Positions 39,001-50,033 of a stretch of 64,000 nt of DNA are shown one piece after another. The first letter of the stretch is position 1. Each line of letters opens with the position of its first letter. A program made the translations under genes and the position numbers. Origin of the DNA: Heterodontus francisci (taxonomy: Eukaryota); the NCBI RefSeq assembly GCF_036365525.1, contig NC_090373.1, forward strand, positions 97,683,461-97,747,460. The letters are read 5' to 3'. The notes under the pieces were generated by a model. The model had not been told where the DNA came from and searched no databases. It worked only from the letters and a program-made list of their open reading frames with translations.

Positions 39001-39982
39001 AATGCACCCCCTTAATGATCGCACTGCCCTCTGTAAGTACCATCTCCACCATGAGTGCCCATTTTGCCAGGGCCAACTTCCTTGTGAATCCCCCAGTGAT
39101 CCTGGATATTTCCATCACTCTATCCTCCATTGTTGTGACTATCTGAAGGTAGGGTACCCTTCCACCTGTTTGGGCTATCAGGCATTATGTGCCTGTTTCT
39201 CCTGCAAAGACAAAAGAGAGGGTAATAAGGCACTGCAGTCCTCTATGATCAATGTCAGTTGCTTCAATTCATTGGAGGGTGCATGTTTCAGTGCTGGCAG
39301 TTCCTCAGCAGCACTATGGCTCTGAGCCATTCTGAGGGGTCAATAAGTGCCCTGTGCATACGTCTCTCCCATGTTTAGGAGCAGCAGGCACCCGGAGGCT
39401 CATCAGCTGATGTGTCTGCTGGAGGGTGAATACCCAAAGGCCTGTCCTGAAGGTTGTGAGTAGCACTCACCTTGCCAGAGTGTATCAGGTCATTGAACCT
39501 TTTTCTGCACTGGATCTAAATGCTTCTGACCAGGCTTCTGCTGCTGACAATAGCAGCGATGTCCATCCATGCCTGCTTGGTCTGTATCAATGACCTCCTC
39601 CTGCAACCCTCTAGGAAGAGGCCTTCCCTTCCTCCTCTTCCTCATGGACTCCAGCATCACCTCCATGACCCCATCCGAAAATCAAGGAGCTGCCCAACCC
39701 TTTTGAGACATTGTGGAAATGAAGTTTCCTGTGATTCTTCACTGTGCAATCACAGCAGTGAAATGACTGCTGTGGTGAGTTTAAATTGGGCCTGCACTTG
39801 AGTTGGCCCAGCTCTGTTCCCGACCCCGTGACCATTAATTGGCCACCAAACCCTCTTCATATCAATTAATTGGTCACCGCCATGAAACTCGGGGCCCATT
39901 TCTATTTTTCCCTGTGGGTGGGTTCGCGACCCGGACACTATCCCGACTTCCATTTCCTGTCCCCGCAGTGAAAATCCAGCCC
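36089..39982. mobile_element. Full-structure PIF/Harbinger transposon (transposase +, Myb/SANT gene -, convergent), decayed
   Basis: TIRs GGGCTGGATTTT (36089) and AAAATCCAGCCC (39971-39982), flanks TAT/CAT. Transposase GVIDCTHVAIKA...NRKGFDSLNVQLLCD (36915-37334). Minus-strand TKQAWMDIAAIVSSRS...IQCRKRFNDL|gtgagt at ~39465-39590. Confidence 0.88.
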
Positions 39983-40562
39983 CATGTGTGAGAAAGGGCA
40001 ATATTGTGAAAAAAATGACACCCTCTACTGATTAAGCACGTAATGTAGCTTTTGCTTTGTGTGCTTCAGAAAGTCCATTGTCCTGACAGGAAAGAGACAG
40101 ATGCAAATAATTTTGTTCACCTTTATAAAAGGGTTAAAGTGTAATGGGGCAAGACCTCAGTCTGCTGCTTTTGCCTGCCATTAACATTTGGCTAATTCTG
40201 ATGAATAGTGTTATTAAACTATTTAGGGTGAGCGTCCACTCTTGTACTGACATGAGAGGCATCCGCTGAGGAGCCGGAACTTGGAGCACCAGTCTGCTAC
40301 TCCAAAAGGGGACACTGACGGCTTGAAAGAAGCTGAAAAAGGTATTGATGAAATGTCCTCATTCCACTCTGTGATTGATTATCTTTGTTTGCTGCAGCAA
40401 TAGGCTCTTAAGGCCCAGAAAGTAAAGAAACATCTAATGAAATACTGGCCTTTATATCAAAGGTTTTGGAAATCAAAAGTGAGGAAGTGATGCTTCAGTT
40501 GTACAGAGTCTTGGTCAGAATCTATCTGAAGTATTGTATTCAGTTTTGGGCATCAAAACTCA

Positions 40563-41214
40563 CAGGTCTGTGTCCTCAGTACCTTGCTCTATGGCAGCGA
40601 GGCCTGGACAAAGTATGTCAGCCAAGAGCGACGTCTCAATTCATTCCATCTTCACTGCCTCCGGAGAATCCTTGGCATCAGGTGGCAGGACCATATCTCC
40701 AACACAAAAAGTCCTCGAGGCAGCCAACATCCCCAGCTTATACACACTACTGAGTCAGCGGCGCTTGAGATGGCTTGGCCATGTGAGCCGCATGGAAGAT
40801 GGCAGGATCCCCAAAGACACATTGTACAGCGAGCCCGCCACTGGTATCAGACCCACCGGCCGTCCATGTCTCCGCTTTAAAGACGTCTGCAAACGCAACA
40901 CGAAATCCTGTGACATTGATCACAAGTCATGGGAGTCAGTTGCCAGCGATCGCCAGAGCTGGCAGGCAGCCATAAAGGGCGGCGAGTCGAAGAGACTTCG
41001 CAGTTGGCAGGAAAAAAGACAGAAGCGCAAGGGGAGAGCCAACTGTGTAACAGCCCCGACAAACAATTTGTTCTGCAGCATCTGTGGAAGAGTCTGTCAC
41101 TCTAATATTGGCCTTTATAGCCACTCCAGACGCTGCTCCACAATCCACTGACCACCTCCAGGCGCTTACCCATTGTCTCTCGAGACAAGGAGGCCAAAGA
41201 AGAAGAAGAAGAAG
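40563..41214 (+). mobile_element. RTE-clade LINE 3' fragment, preceded by a short CR1 piece at ~40425-40552
   Basis: LLYGSEAW, LRWLGHVSRMEDGRIPK, C-terminal CSICGRVCHSNIGLYSH, and a (GAA)n tail at 41198-41214. Confidence 0.9.
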
Positions 41215-41970
41215 ATATCAAGGCATGGCTAATAATAACTGGTCTCAACTTTAGAATATGCCCGTGCAGTGATTTAGAATTCATAGACTTAAACAAACAA
41301 ATCATTTGAATGCAGCTCCAACCTAACAGCAGATTAACCTATAGTGTAAAATGGAAGATATTTGGTTGGCCACCTGATTGATTCTGTTGAGTTCAATGGA
41401 AATGAAAATCGGAACATGGCTGTTTTACACTTGCACCAAATTCTGTCTTCCATTTTGGTGCTTTAGAGATCCAAAATAACATTTGCATACAATGCAAATG
41501 ATAGACCATTTTATTAGTTCAGGAAGCAATTTTTGTGATGTTTTGAAATTGTGCTGTGTATGATTATTTACTTGGGTTAGTGATTGTGTTAAAATAGAGC
41601 ACAAATAAATTTACACGAGCATTACAAATAATGTATTGCTGCAATAAATGTAATCGTCTGCATTGTGTCTTTTCTTTAACAGGAACATATTTAATTCTGG
41701 GATTTTATTTTTCAGAAGCTAGGGTTTTCAATCCTAAAATCTTTCTCATCACTAAAATCCTTTCCATGCCTTTTAGCCTGCTTTTGAAAGTGCACTTCCA
41801 TTGTTTCAAATATGTCACTAATAATAGGTTGTTTTTACAGAAATCACAGATTAACCACAAATGAAGAAAATCACAGTTCTTGTTAAAGATCACTCCAATC
41901 AATACCTCTGAAATAAGAGCTTTGTCATCTCACCGTGATCTAAGGATTTGGACTATCGATGTGAAAAAGA

Positions 41971-43008
41971 ATGAATTTAACACATCTTGAGAAGTTAGAA
42001 GATGTGCAATACTGTTTTGAATTTGTCAATACCTCCTGTCCCAGAGTCACCAGGCCAACAGCAATCAATGCAGCACTGTACATTTTTATCACCATTTCAA
42101 TACTAATTACTATATTTGGAAATCTGGTGGTGATCATTTCTGTTTTACACTTCAAGCAACTACAGACACCCACCAACTGTCTTATCTTATCTTTAGCTGT
42201 TGTGGATTTTCTGGTGGGCTTTATTGTGTTGCCTTATAGTATGGTTAGGTCTGTAGAAACGTGCTGGTATTTTGGAGAAGTATTTTGTAAAATTCACTCA
42301 ATTATAGATATTGTATTGACCATAGTTTCGATTTATACTTTATGTTTTATTGCCATTGATCGTTACTATGCTATGTGTGACCCTTTGCTCCACTCTATAA
42401 AGATCACTCTGCCTATAATAATTGTGACTATGATATTAATCTGGTTGTTTGCTCTCTTTTATGGACTTAGTGTGTTTTTATTAGATTTCAGTAAAAAGTC
42501 AGTAGATGATTATATGGCTACTAGGTCTTGTGATGGCAGTTGTATTGCATATGATAAGTTTGAGGGGCACGTGGATGCACTGATTGTATTTTTTATTCCC
42601 ATTTTTATCATTTTAGGTGTATATGTCAAGATATTTTTTGTGATGAGGTGCAAACATGGTGGAAGAATTGGAAACATGTCACATAATAGCCACTGTACAG
42701 AAGAAAACAATATTAAAATCTTGCATAAAAAAGAGCAAATAGTTGTTAAAAACCAAGACATATTAATAGGAATTTTTACACTCTCCTGGCTGCCTTTCTA
42801 TGTAAATAGCATTCTGAACCCATATTTTAATTTTTTAATTCCACCAGCTATAGACAGTGTATTTGCGTGGTTTGGATTCTTTAATTCTACTTTAAACCCA
42901 TTGCTTTATGCTTTCTTGTATCCGTGGTTTCGCAAAACACTAAAACTTATACTTTCTGGTCAGATATTTAATTCAGATTCTTCTACAATTAATTTTCTTT
43001 CAGAGTAA
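41971..43008 (+). CDS. TAAR: Trace amine-associated receptor, 345 aa, single-exon CDS, divergent TM6
   Basis: [24 protein letters not shown]3.32 (D113), DRY, D5.42 (D202), SWLP and the fingerprint NSTLNPLLYAFLYPWFRK. AATAAA at 43039-43044. Confidence 0.93.
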   Translation: MNLTHLEKLEDVQYCFEFVNTSCPRVTRPTAINAALYIFITISILITIFGNLVVIISVLHFKQLQTPTNCLILSLAVVDFLVGFIVLPYSMVRSVETCWYFGEVFCKIHSIIDIVLTIVSIYTLCFIAIDRYYAMCDPLLHSIKITLPIIIVTMILIWLFALFYGLSVFLLDFSKKSVDDYMATRSCDGSCIAYDKFEGHVDALIVFFIPIFIILGVYVKIFFVMRCKHGGRIGNMSHNSHCTEENNIKILHKKEQIVVKNQDILIGIFTLSWLPFYVNSILNPYFNFLIPPAIDSVFAWFGFFNSTLNPLLYAFLYPWFRKTLKLILSGQIFNSDSSTINFLSE

Positions 43009-43095
43009 ACACAGATATCATGAAGCTATACAAAATGAAATAAATAAAATGTATACATTTCATTGTGTTGGAAAGTAATTGATCCCCTTTCAACC

Positions 43096-43545
43096 AGCCA
43101 TGGTTCACTGGTTGCATTTTTGCCTCTAATTCAAAAGCTTGTGGGTCGCACTCCAGTCAGAACACAAAATCTAGGATCACAGTACTAAGGGAGTGCTGCA
43201 CGGTCAAAGGTGCCATTTTTTTGGATGAAATATTAACCTGAGGCCCTGCCTACCCTGTCAGATGGATGAAAAAGATCCGTTGGCACTATTCTGAAGAAGA
43301 GTATGGAATTCTCTCCAGTTTCCTGTAGAATATTTACCACTCAAGCAACATCACAAAAACAGATGATGATCTGATCATTATCACATTGCTGTTCGTGGGA
43401 CCTTGCTGTGCACGTTGGCTGCCATGTTTCCTACATTAGAATAGTGACTAAACTTCAAAAGTACTCAATTGACTGTAAAGAGCTTTGGGACAATCTGAGG
43501 TCATGAAAGATGCTGTATAAATCCAAGTTCTTACTTTCTTTAGCT
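43096..43545 (+). mobile_element. DeuSINE (SacSINE1/AmnSINE-like) with an L2-type tail
   Basis: Central ggatgaaaaagatccgttggcactattctgaagaagag...aatatttaccactcaa...acattgctgttcgtgggaccttgctgtgc, ending gaaagatgctgtataaatccaagttcttactttcttt. Family recognised from memory of the consensus. Confidence 0.75.
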
Positions 43546-44340
43546 GTGAATAGTTAAGATAAACCACACAGACATATAGTCATGGAAATGTTTGAAACAG
43601 ATTACTGTGAGAGAACACAGTTTATGACAAGATTGGAGTGCAGAAGAGAACAGTCAAAAACTATCTTGCTAATTAAATATACTAAAAAAGCTACTGATGT
43701 GGGAAAGCGTTGACCATTCTTTACTTTGTATCACTACACAAAAGTAAGTTGTGCTGCTTGAATTAAAATTAGTCTTATCATAACTGTTATTTTGCATTTT
43801 CTGCTTACTACGAAATGGAATAGCTTATAGATTCATATCAAACCTCACCTCACCATTGTTATGATCCCATTAGGGACTGTTAATTTTTAAAAAGAGGAAA
43901 TACAATTCCCAGTTATTACTGAAAAAATTATGCCGCAACAATTCATGTTTTAAAATAAAAACTTTGCTGTACAAGAGTTAAAGCAAAACACTACTAACTT
44001 AAGATTACAATTTGGAAACACTTATATTTAACCTTAAAATCTTAAACAAAACATGAATACGCATACTTCAAACTCTAAATCTCAACTGAACACTCATATT
44101 TGATTGTTATTTCCACCCTAAGGATTTCCCTATATGTTACAGGATCTTGGCAGTTTGTTCACTTCTCCTGGGACCAACCCAAAGGGTACCACAGCTCTTA
44201 GGAATTCACTTCAATTTCCATTGTTTCTTCGCTGTCTTCTGACATATGAGATCACCTCCTGAATCTGGACTTCCCAGCTTGAAGATGGACCTGCATCAAA
44301 ACAGAAACATCCCTGGTTCCCGATGGCCTCTTTGCTTCTA

Positions 44341-44628
44341 CATTGCTTTATGCTTTCTTGTATCTGTGGTTTCGCAAAAAACTAAAACTTATACTTTCTG
44401 GTCAGATATTTAACTCAGATTCTTCTACGATGAATTTTTTTCAGAGTAAACACAGATATCATGGAGCTATACGAAATGAAATAAATAAAATTTATATATT
44501 CCTCACATTCATTGTGTTGGAAAGTATTTTTCAACCAACCCCTTTCAACCAGCCATGGTTCATTGGTTGCACTTTTGCCTCTGAGTCAAAAACTTGTGGG
44601 CCCCACTCCAGTCAGAACACAAGGTCTA
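44341..44628 (+). pseudogene. Duplicated 3' end of the TAAR at 41971 (helix 8, C-tail, polyA signal and DeuSINE head)
   Basis: Aligns to 42900-43173 (cattgctttatgctttcttgtatc.gtggtttcgcaaaa...cagagtaaacacagatatcatg...ccagtcagaacacaa) with scattered substitutions and indels. Confidence 0.9.
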
Positions 44629-44699
44629 AAGACAACTGCTTGTCTGAAGCCAACAGCTTGTCCAAAAGCCAACTGACTGTGTCAGCAAGCACACAGATC

Positions 44700-46805
44700 A
44701 AAAAACCAACAGGCTCTCCTGCATCATCTGTCTCCATAGCAAGTGGTACATGTGGGATGTCCCAGATAACATGAAGGGGAAAGGTAGGGCAAATAAATCC
44801 AGAGCTCCAGAGACAGACATTAAGATGAAGAAACAAAAATGTGCTTATGACAGATGTCAGGTGGATAATGCATCTGAGATCCAGGCTGAATATAGAAGGT
44901 TCAGAAGGGAAGTGAAAAGCAAATAAGAGAAGCAAAGAGAGAGTATGAAAAGAGACAGACAGCTAACATCAAAGGGAATCCAGAAGTCTTCTACAGGTAT
45001 ATTCAATGTAAAAGCATAGTAAAAGGAGGAGTGGGGCTTTGGTATTAAATTAATACTTTGCATCTATCTTTGCCAAGGAAGATGCTGTGCAGATCATGGT
45101 GAAAAAGGAGATTATTCAGACACTTTAAAATTGATATGGAGGAATCATTGGATAGGCTAGCTGTACTTAAAGTTGATAAGGCACCAGGACTGGATGAGAC
45201 GCATCCAATAATGCTGAGGGAAGTGAGAATGGACATTTTTTTTTATTCGTTCATGGGATGTGGGTGTCACTGGCTCAGCCAGCATTTATTGCCCATCCCT
45301 AATTGCCCACTGAAGGCATTTCAGAGTCAAGCAAATTGCAGATGCACTGACCATAATTTTCCAGTCTTCTTTAGATTCACGGGTCATGCCAGAGGTCTGG
45401 AGAATTTCAAATGTTACACCCTTGTTCAAAAAAGGGTGTAAAGATAAGCCCAGCAACTACAGGCCAGTCAGTTTAACTTCAGTGGAAGCTTCTAGAAAAG
45501 ATAATTCAGGACAAAATTAATAGTCACTTGGGCACTTGCGAGTTAATTAGAGAAAGCCAGCACGGAGCTGTGAAGGGCAAATCATGTTTAACTAACTTGT
45601 TGGGATTTTTTTGAAGAGGTAACAGAATGGGTTGATTAGGGTAATGCTGTTGATGTGGTATACAACTTCCAAAAAGCATTTCATAAAGTGCCAAACAACA
45701 GACTTGTGAGCAAAGTTATAGCTCATGGAATAAAAGGAGTAGTAGAAACAGGGATACGAAATTAGCTGAGTGACAGGAAACAGAAAGTAGTGCTAAATGG
45801 ATGTTTTTCAGACTGGAGGAATGTTTGTAATGGAGTTCCCCAAGGGTCGGTGTAGGACCTTTGCTGTTCCTGATTTATATTAATGACATCGACCTTGGTG
45901 TACAGGGCATGATATGAAACTTGGAAACATTGTGAACTGTGAGGAGCACAGCGTAGAACATCAAATCACATAGTTGGTAGAATGGGCAGACAAGTGGCAG
46001 GTGAAATGTATTGCAGAGAAGTGTGAAGTGATACATTTTTGTAGGAATAGTGCAAAGAGACAATATAAAATAAAAGATACAATTCTAAAAGGGGTGCAGG
46101 AGCAGAGGGACATGGGTGAATATGTACATAAGTCATTGAAGGTGGCAGGACAGGTTGAGAGAGCAGTTATAAGAACATACAGCATCCTAGGCATCACTAA
46201 TAGAGGCATAGAGTACAAAAGCAAGGAAGTTATATTAAACTTGTATAGGATACTGGTTTGGCGTCAACTGGACAATTGTGTCCAGTTCTGGGTGCCTCAC
46301 TTTAGGAAAGACATCAAGGCATTGGAAAGAGTGCAGAAAAGATTCATGAGAATGGTTCCAGGGAAGAAAAACTTCTGTTAGATAGATTGGAGAAGTTGGG
46401 GGACTGTTCTCCTTGGAGAAGAGGAGGTTGAGAGGAGATTTGATAAAGGTATTCAAAATCATCAAAATTATGAGGGTCTGGACAGAGTAGATAGGGAAAA
46501 ACTGTTCCCACTGGTGGAAGGATCGAGAAGAAGAGGGCACAGACATAAGGTCATTGGCAAAAGAAGCAATAGCGACATAAGGAAAAACTTTTTCACGCAG
46601 CGAATGGTTGGGATCTGGAATACACTGCCAGAGAGTGTGGTGGAGGCAGGTTCCATCGAGGCATTCAAGATGGAATTGAATTGTTATCTGAAAATGAGGA
46701 ATATTCTGGGCTATAAGGAGAAGACGGGGGAGTGGCACTAGGTAAATTGCTCTTTCAGAGAGCCAGTGCAGACATGATGGGCTGTAACAATTCTGTGATT
46801 CTGTG
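44700..46805 (+). mobile_element. Decayed CR1 LINE ORF2 and 3' end
   Basis: LKVDKAPGLDETHP, NYRPVSL, WADKWQVK, VQFWVPHFRKDI, FFTQRMVGIWN, and a (ttctgtga)n tail at ~46791-46806. Confidence 0.85.
45236..45330 (-). mobile_element. Short tail fragment of the SINE/LINE family at 8979 and 46831
   Basis: poly-T followed by attcgttcatgggatgtgggtgtcactggctcagccagcatttattgcccatccctaattgccc. Confidence 0.8.
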
Positions 46806-46840
46806 AAAGGGTGTAAGCAATGCTTTTCAAGGGTAGGCAG

Positions 46841-46923
46841 TGGCGTAGTGGTATTATCACTGGACTAGTAACCCAGAGACCCAGGGTATTTCTCTGGGGA
46901 CATGGGTTCATGGGTTTGAATCC
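46841..46923 (+). promoter_or_regulatory. tRNA-type internal Pol III promoter (A and B boxes)
   Basis: A box TGGCGTAGTGG at 46841-46851. B box GGTTTGAATCC at 46913-46923 (one change from GGTTCGAATCC), preceded by a small catgggtt duplication. Confidence 0.75.
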
Positions 46924-47135
46924 CACCACAGCAGAAGGTGGAATTTGAATGAATGAATAAATCTGGAATTAAAAGCTAGTCTAGTGATGGCCATGAAACC
47001 ATTGTCGATTGTTGTAAAAACCTATCTGGTTCACTAATGTCCTTTAGGGAAGGAAATCTGCTGTCCTTACCTGGTCTGGCCTACATGTGACTCCAGACCC
47101 ACAGAAATGTGCTTAACTCTTACATGCCCTCTGAA

Positions 47136-50033
47136 ATGGCCTTGCAAGCCACTCAGTTGTACCTAACCGCTACAAAGTCAATAAAAAGGAATGAAACCGG
47201 ACGGACCACCCAGCATCAACCTAGGCACCGGAAACGACAACGGCAAACCCAGCCCTGTCGACCCTGCAAAGTCCTCCTTACTAACATCTGGGGGCTGGTG
47301 CCAAAGTTGGGAGAGCTGTCCCACAGACTAGTCAAGCAAAAGCCTGACATAGTTATACTAACGGAATCATACCTTCCAGACAATGTCCCAGACACTGCCA
47401 TCACCATCCCCGGGTATGTCCTGTCTCACCGGCAGGATAGACCCACCAGAGGTGGTGGCACAGTGGTATACAGTAGGGAGGGAGTTGCCCTGGGAGTCCT
47501 CAACATCGACTCCGGACCCCATGAAGTCTCATGGCATCAGGTCAAACATGGGCAAGGTAACCTCCTGCTGATTACCACCTACCGCCCTCCCTCAGCTGAT
47601 GACTCAGTACTCCTCCATGTTGAACACCACTTCGAGGAAGTACTGAGGGTGGCAAGGGCACAAAATGTACTCTGGGTGGGGGACTTCAATGTCCATCACC
47701 AAGAGTGGCTCGGTAGCACCACTACTGACTGAGCTGGCCGAGTCCTAAAGGACATAACTACTAGACTGGGTCTGCGGCAGGTGGTGGGGGAACCAACACG
47801 AGGGAAAAACATACTTGACCTCGTCCTCACCAATCTGCCTGCCGCAGATACTTCAGTCCATGACAGTATTGGTAGGAGTGACCACCGCACAGTCCTTGTG
47901 GAGACGAAGTCCCGCCTTCACATTGAAGATACCGTCCATCGTGTTGTGTGGCACGATCACCGTGCTAAATGGGATAGATTTCGAACAGATCTAGCAATGC
48001 AAAACTGGGCATCCATGAGGCGCTGTGGACCATCAGCAGCAGCAGAATTGTACTCAACCACAATCTGTAACCTCATGGCCCGGCATATCCCCCACTCTAC
48101 CATTACCGTCAAGCCAGGAGACCAACCCTGGTTCAATGAAGAGTGCAGGAGGGCATGCCAGGAGCAGCACAGGCATACCTCAAAATGAGTTGTCAACCTG
48201 GTGAAGCTACAACCCAAGACTACTTGCATGCCAAACTGCGTAAGCAGCATGCGATAGACAGAGATAAGCGATCCCATAACCAACGGATCAGATCTAAGCT
48301 CTGCAGTCCTGCCACATCCAGCCGTGAATGGTGGTGGACAATTAAACAAGTAACTGGAGGAGGTGGCTCCACAAATATCCCCATCCTCAATGATGGGGAG
48401 CCCAGAACATCATTGCGAAAGATAAGGCTGAAGCATTTGCAACAATCTTCAGCCAGAAGTCCCCAGCATCACAGATACCAGACTTCAGCCAATTCGATTC
48501 ACTCCGCATGATATCAAGAAACGACTGAAGGCACTGGATACTGCAAAGGCTATGGGCCCTGACAATATTCCGGCAATAGTACTGAAGACCTGTGCTCCAG
48601 AACTTGCCTCGCCCCAAGCCAAGCTGTTCCAGTACAGCTACAACACTGACATCTACCCTGCAATGTGGAAAATTGTCCAGGTATGTCCTGTACACAAAAA
48701 GCAGGACAAGTCCAACCCGGCCAATTACTGCCCCATCAGCCGACTCTCAATCATCAGTAAAGTGATGGAAGGTGTCATCAACAGTGCCATCAAGCGGCAC
48801 TTGCTTAGCAATAACCTGCTCAGTGACGCTCAGTTTGGGTTCCGCCAGGGCCACTCAGCTCCTGACCTCATTACAGCCTTGGTTCAAACATGGACAAAAG
48901 AGCTGAACTCAAGAGGTGAGGTGAGAGTGACTACCCTTGACATCAAGGCAACATTTGACTGAGTATGGCATCAAGGAGCCCTAGCAAAACTGAAGTCAAT
49001 GGGAATCAGGGGGAAAACCCTCCGCTGGTTGGAGTCATACCTAGTGCAAAGGAAGATGGTTGTGGTTGTTGGAGGTCAATCATCTGAGCTCCAGGACATC
49101 ACTGCAGGAGTTCCTCAAGGTAGTGTCCTAGGCCCAACCATCTTCAGCTTCCTCATCAATGACCTTCCTTCAATCATAAGGTCAGAAGTGGGGATGTGCG
49201 CTGATGATTGCACAATGATCAGTACCATTCATGACTGCTCAGATACTGAAGAAGTCCGTGTAGAAATGCAGCAAGACCTGGACAACATCCAGGCTTGGAC
49301 TGATAAGTGGCAAGTAACATTCGCGCCACACAAGTGCCAGGCAATGACCATCTCCAACAAGGGAGAATCTAACCATCTCCCCTTGACATTCAACGGCATT
49401 ACCATCGCTGAATCCCCCACTATCAACATCCTAGGGGCTACCATTGACCAGAAACTGAACTGGAGTAGCCATATAAATACCATGGCTACAAGAGCAGGTC
49501 AGAGGCTGGGAATCCTGAGGCGAGTAACTCACCTCCTGACTCCCCAAAGCCTGTCCACCATCTAAAAGGCACAAGTCAGGAGTGTGATGGAATACTCTCG
49601 ACTTGCCTGGATGGGTGCAGCTCCAACAACACTCAAGAAGCTCAACACCATCCAGGACAAAGCAGCCCACATGATTGGCACCCCATCTATAAACATTCAC
49701 TCCCTTCATCACCGACGCACAGTGGCAGCAGTGTGTCCCATCTACAGGATGCACTGCAGCAATGCACCAAGGATCCTTCAACAGCTCCTTCCAAACCCAC
49801 GACCTCTACCAACTAGAAGGACAAGGGCAGCAAATACATGGGAACGCCACCACCTGCATGTTCCCCTCCAAGTCACACACCATCCTGACTTGGAACTATA
49901 TCGCCGTTCCTTCACTGTCACTGGGTCAAAATCCTGGAACTCCCTTGCTAACAGCAATGTGGGTGTACCTACCCCAAATGGACTGCAGCGGTTCAAGAAG
50001 ACAGCTCACCACCACCTTCTCAAGGGCAATTAG
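47136..50033 (+). pseudogene. Single APE-RT ORF of the SINE-headed LINE, broken by stops and frameshifts
   Basis: ATG in gaaATGg context inside the SINE-shared body, in frame with RHRKRQRQ and the APE domain. Stops at 47730, 48960 and 49563. Frameshifts or deletion at ~48170, ~48400-48460 and ~49845. Confidence 0.8.

Noticed and set aside
44343-44774. 143-aa ORF as a new protein
   Set aside because: It is a chimera of a duplicated TAAR tail, 3' UTR, SINE head and downstream repeat, and lacks an ATG start.
46831-46930. Genuine tRNA gene (also the HE1 head at 11637)
   Set aside because: A and B boxes are present, but the sequence continues into SINE bodies found in several copies, with no T-run terminator.
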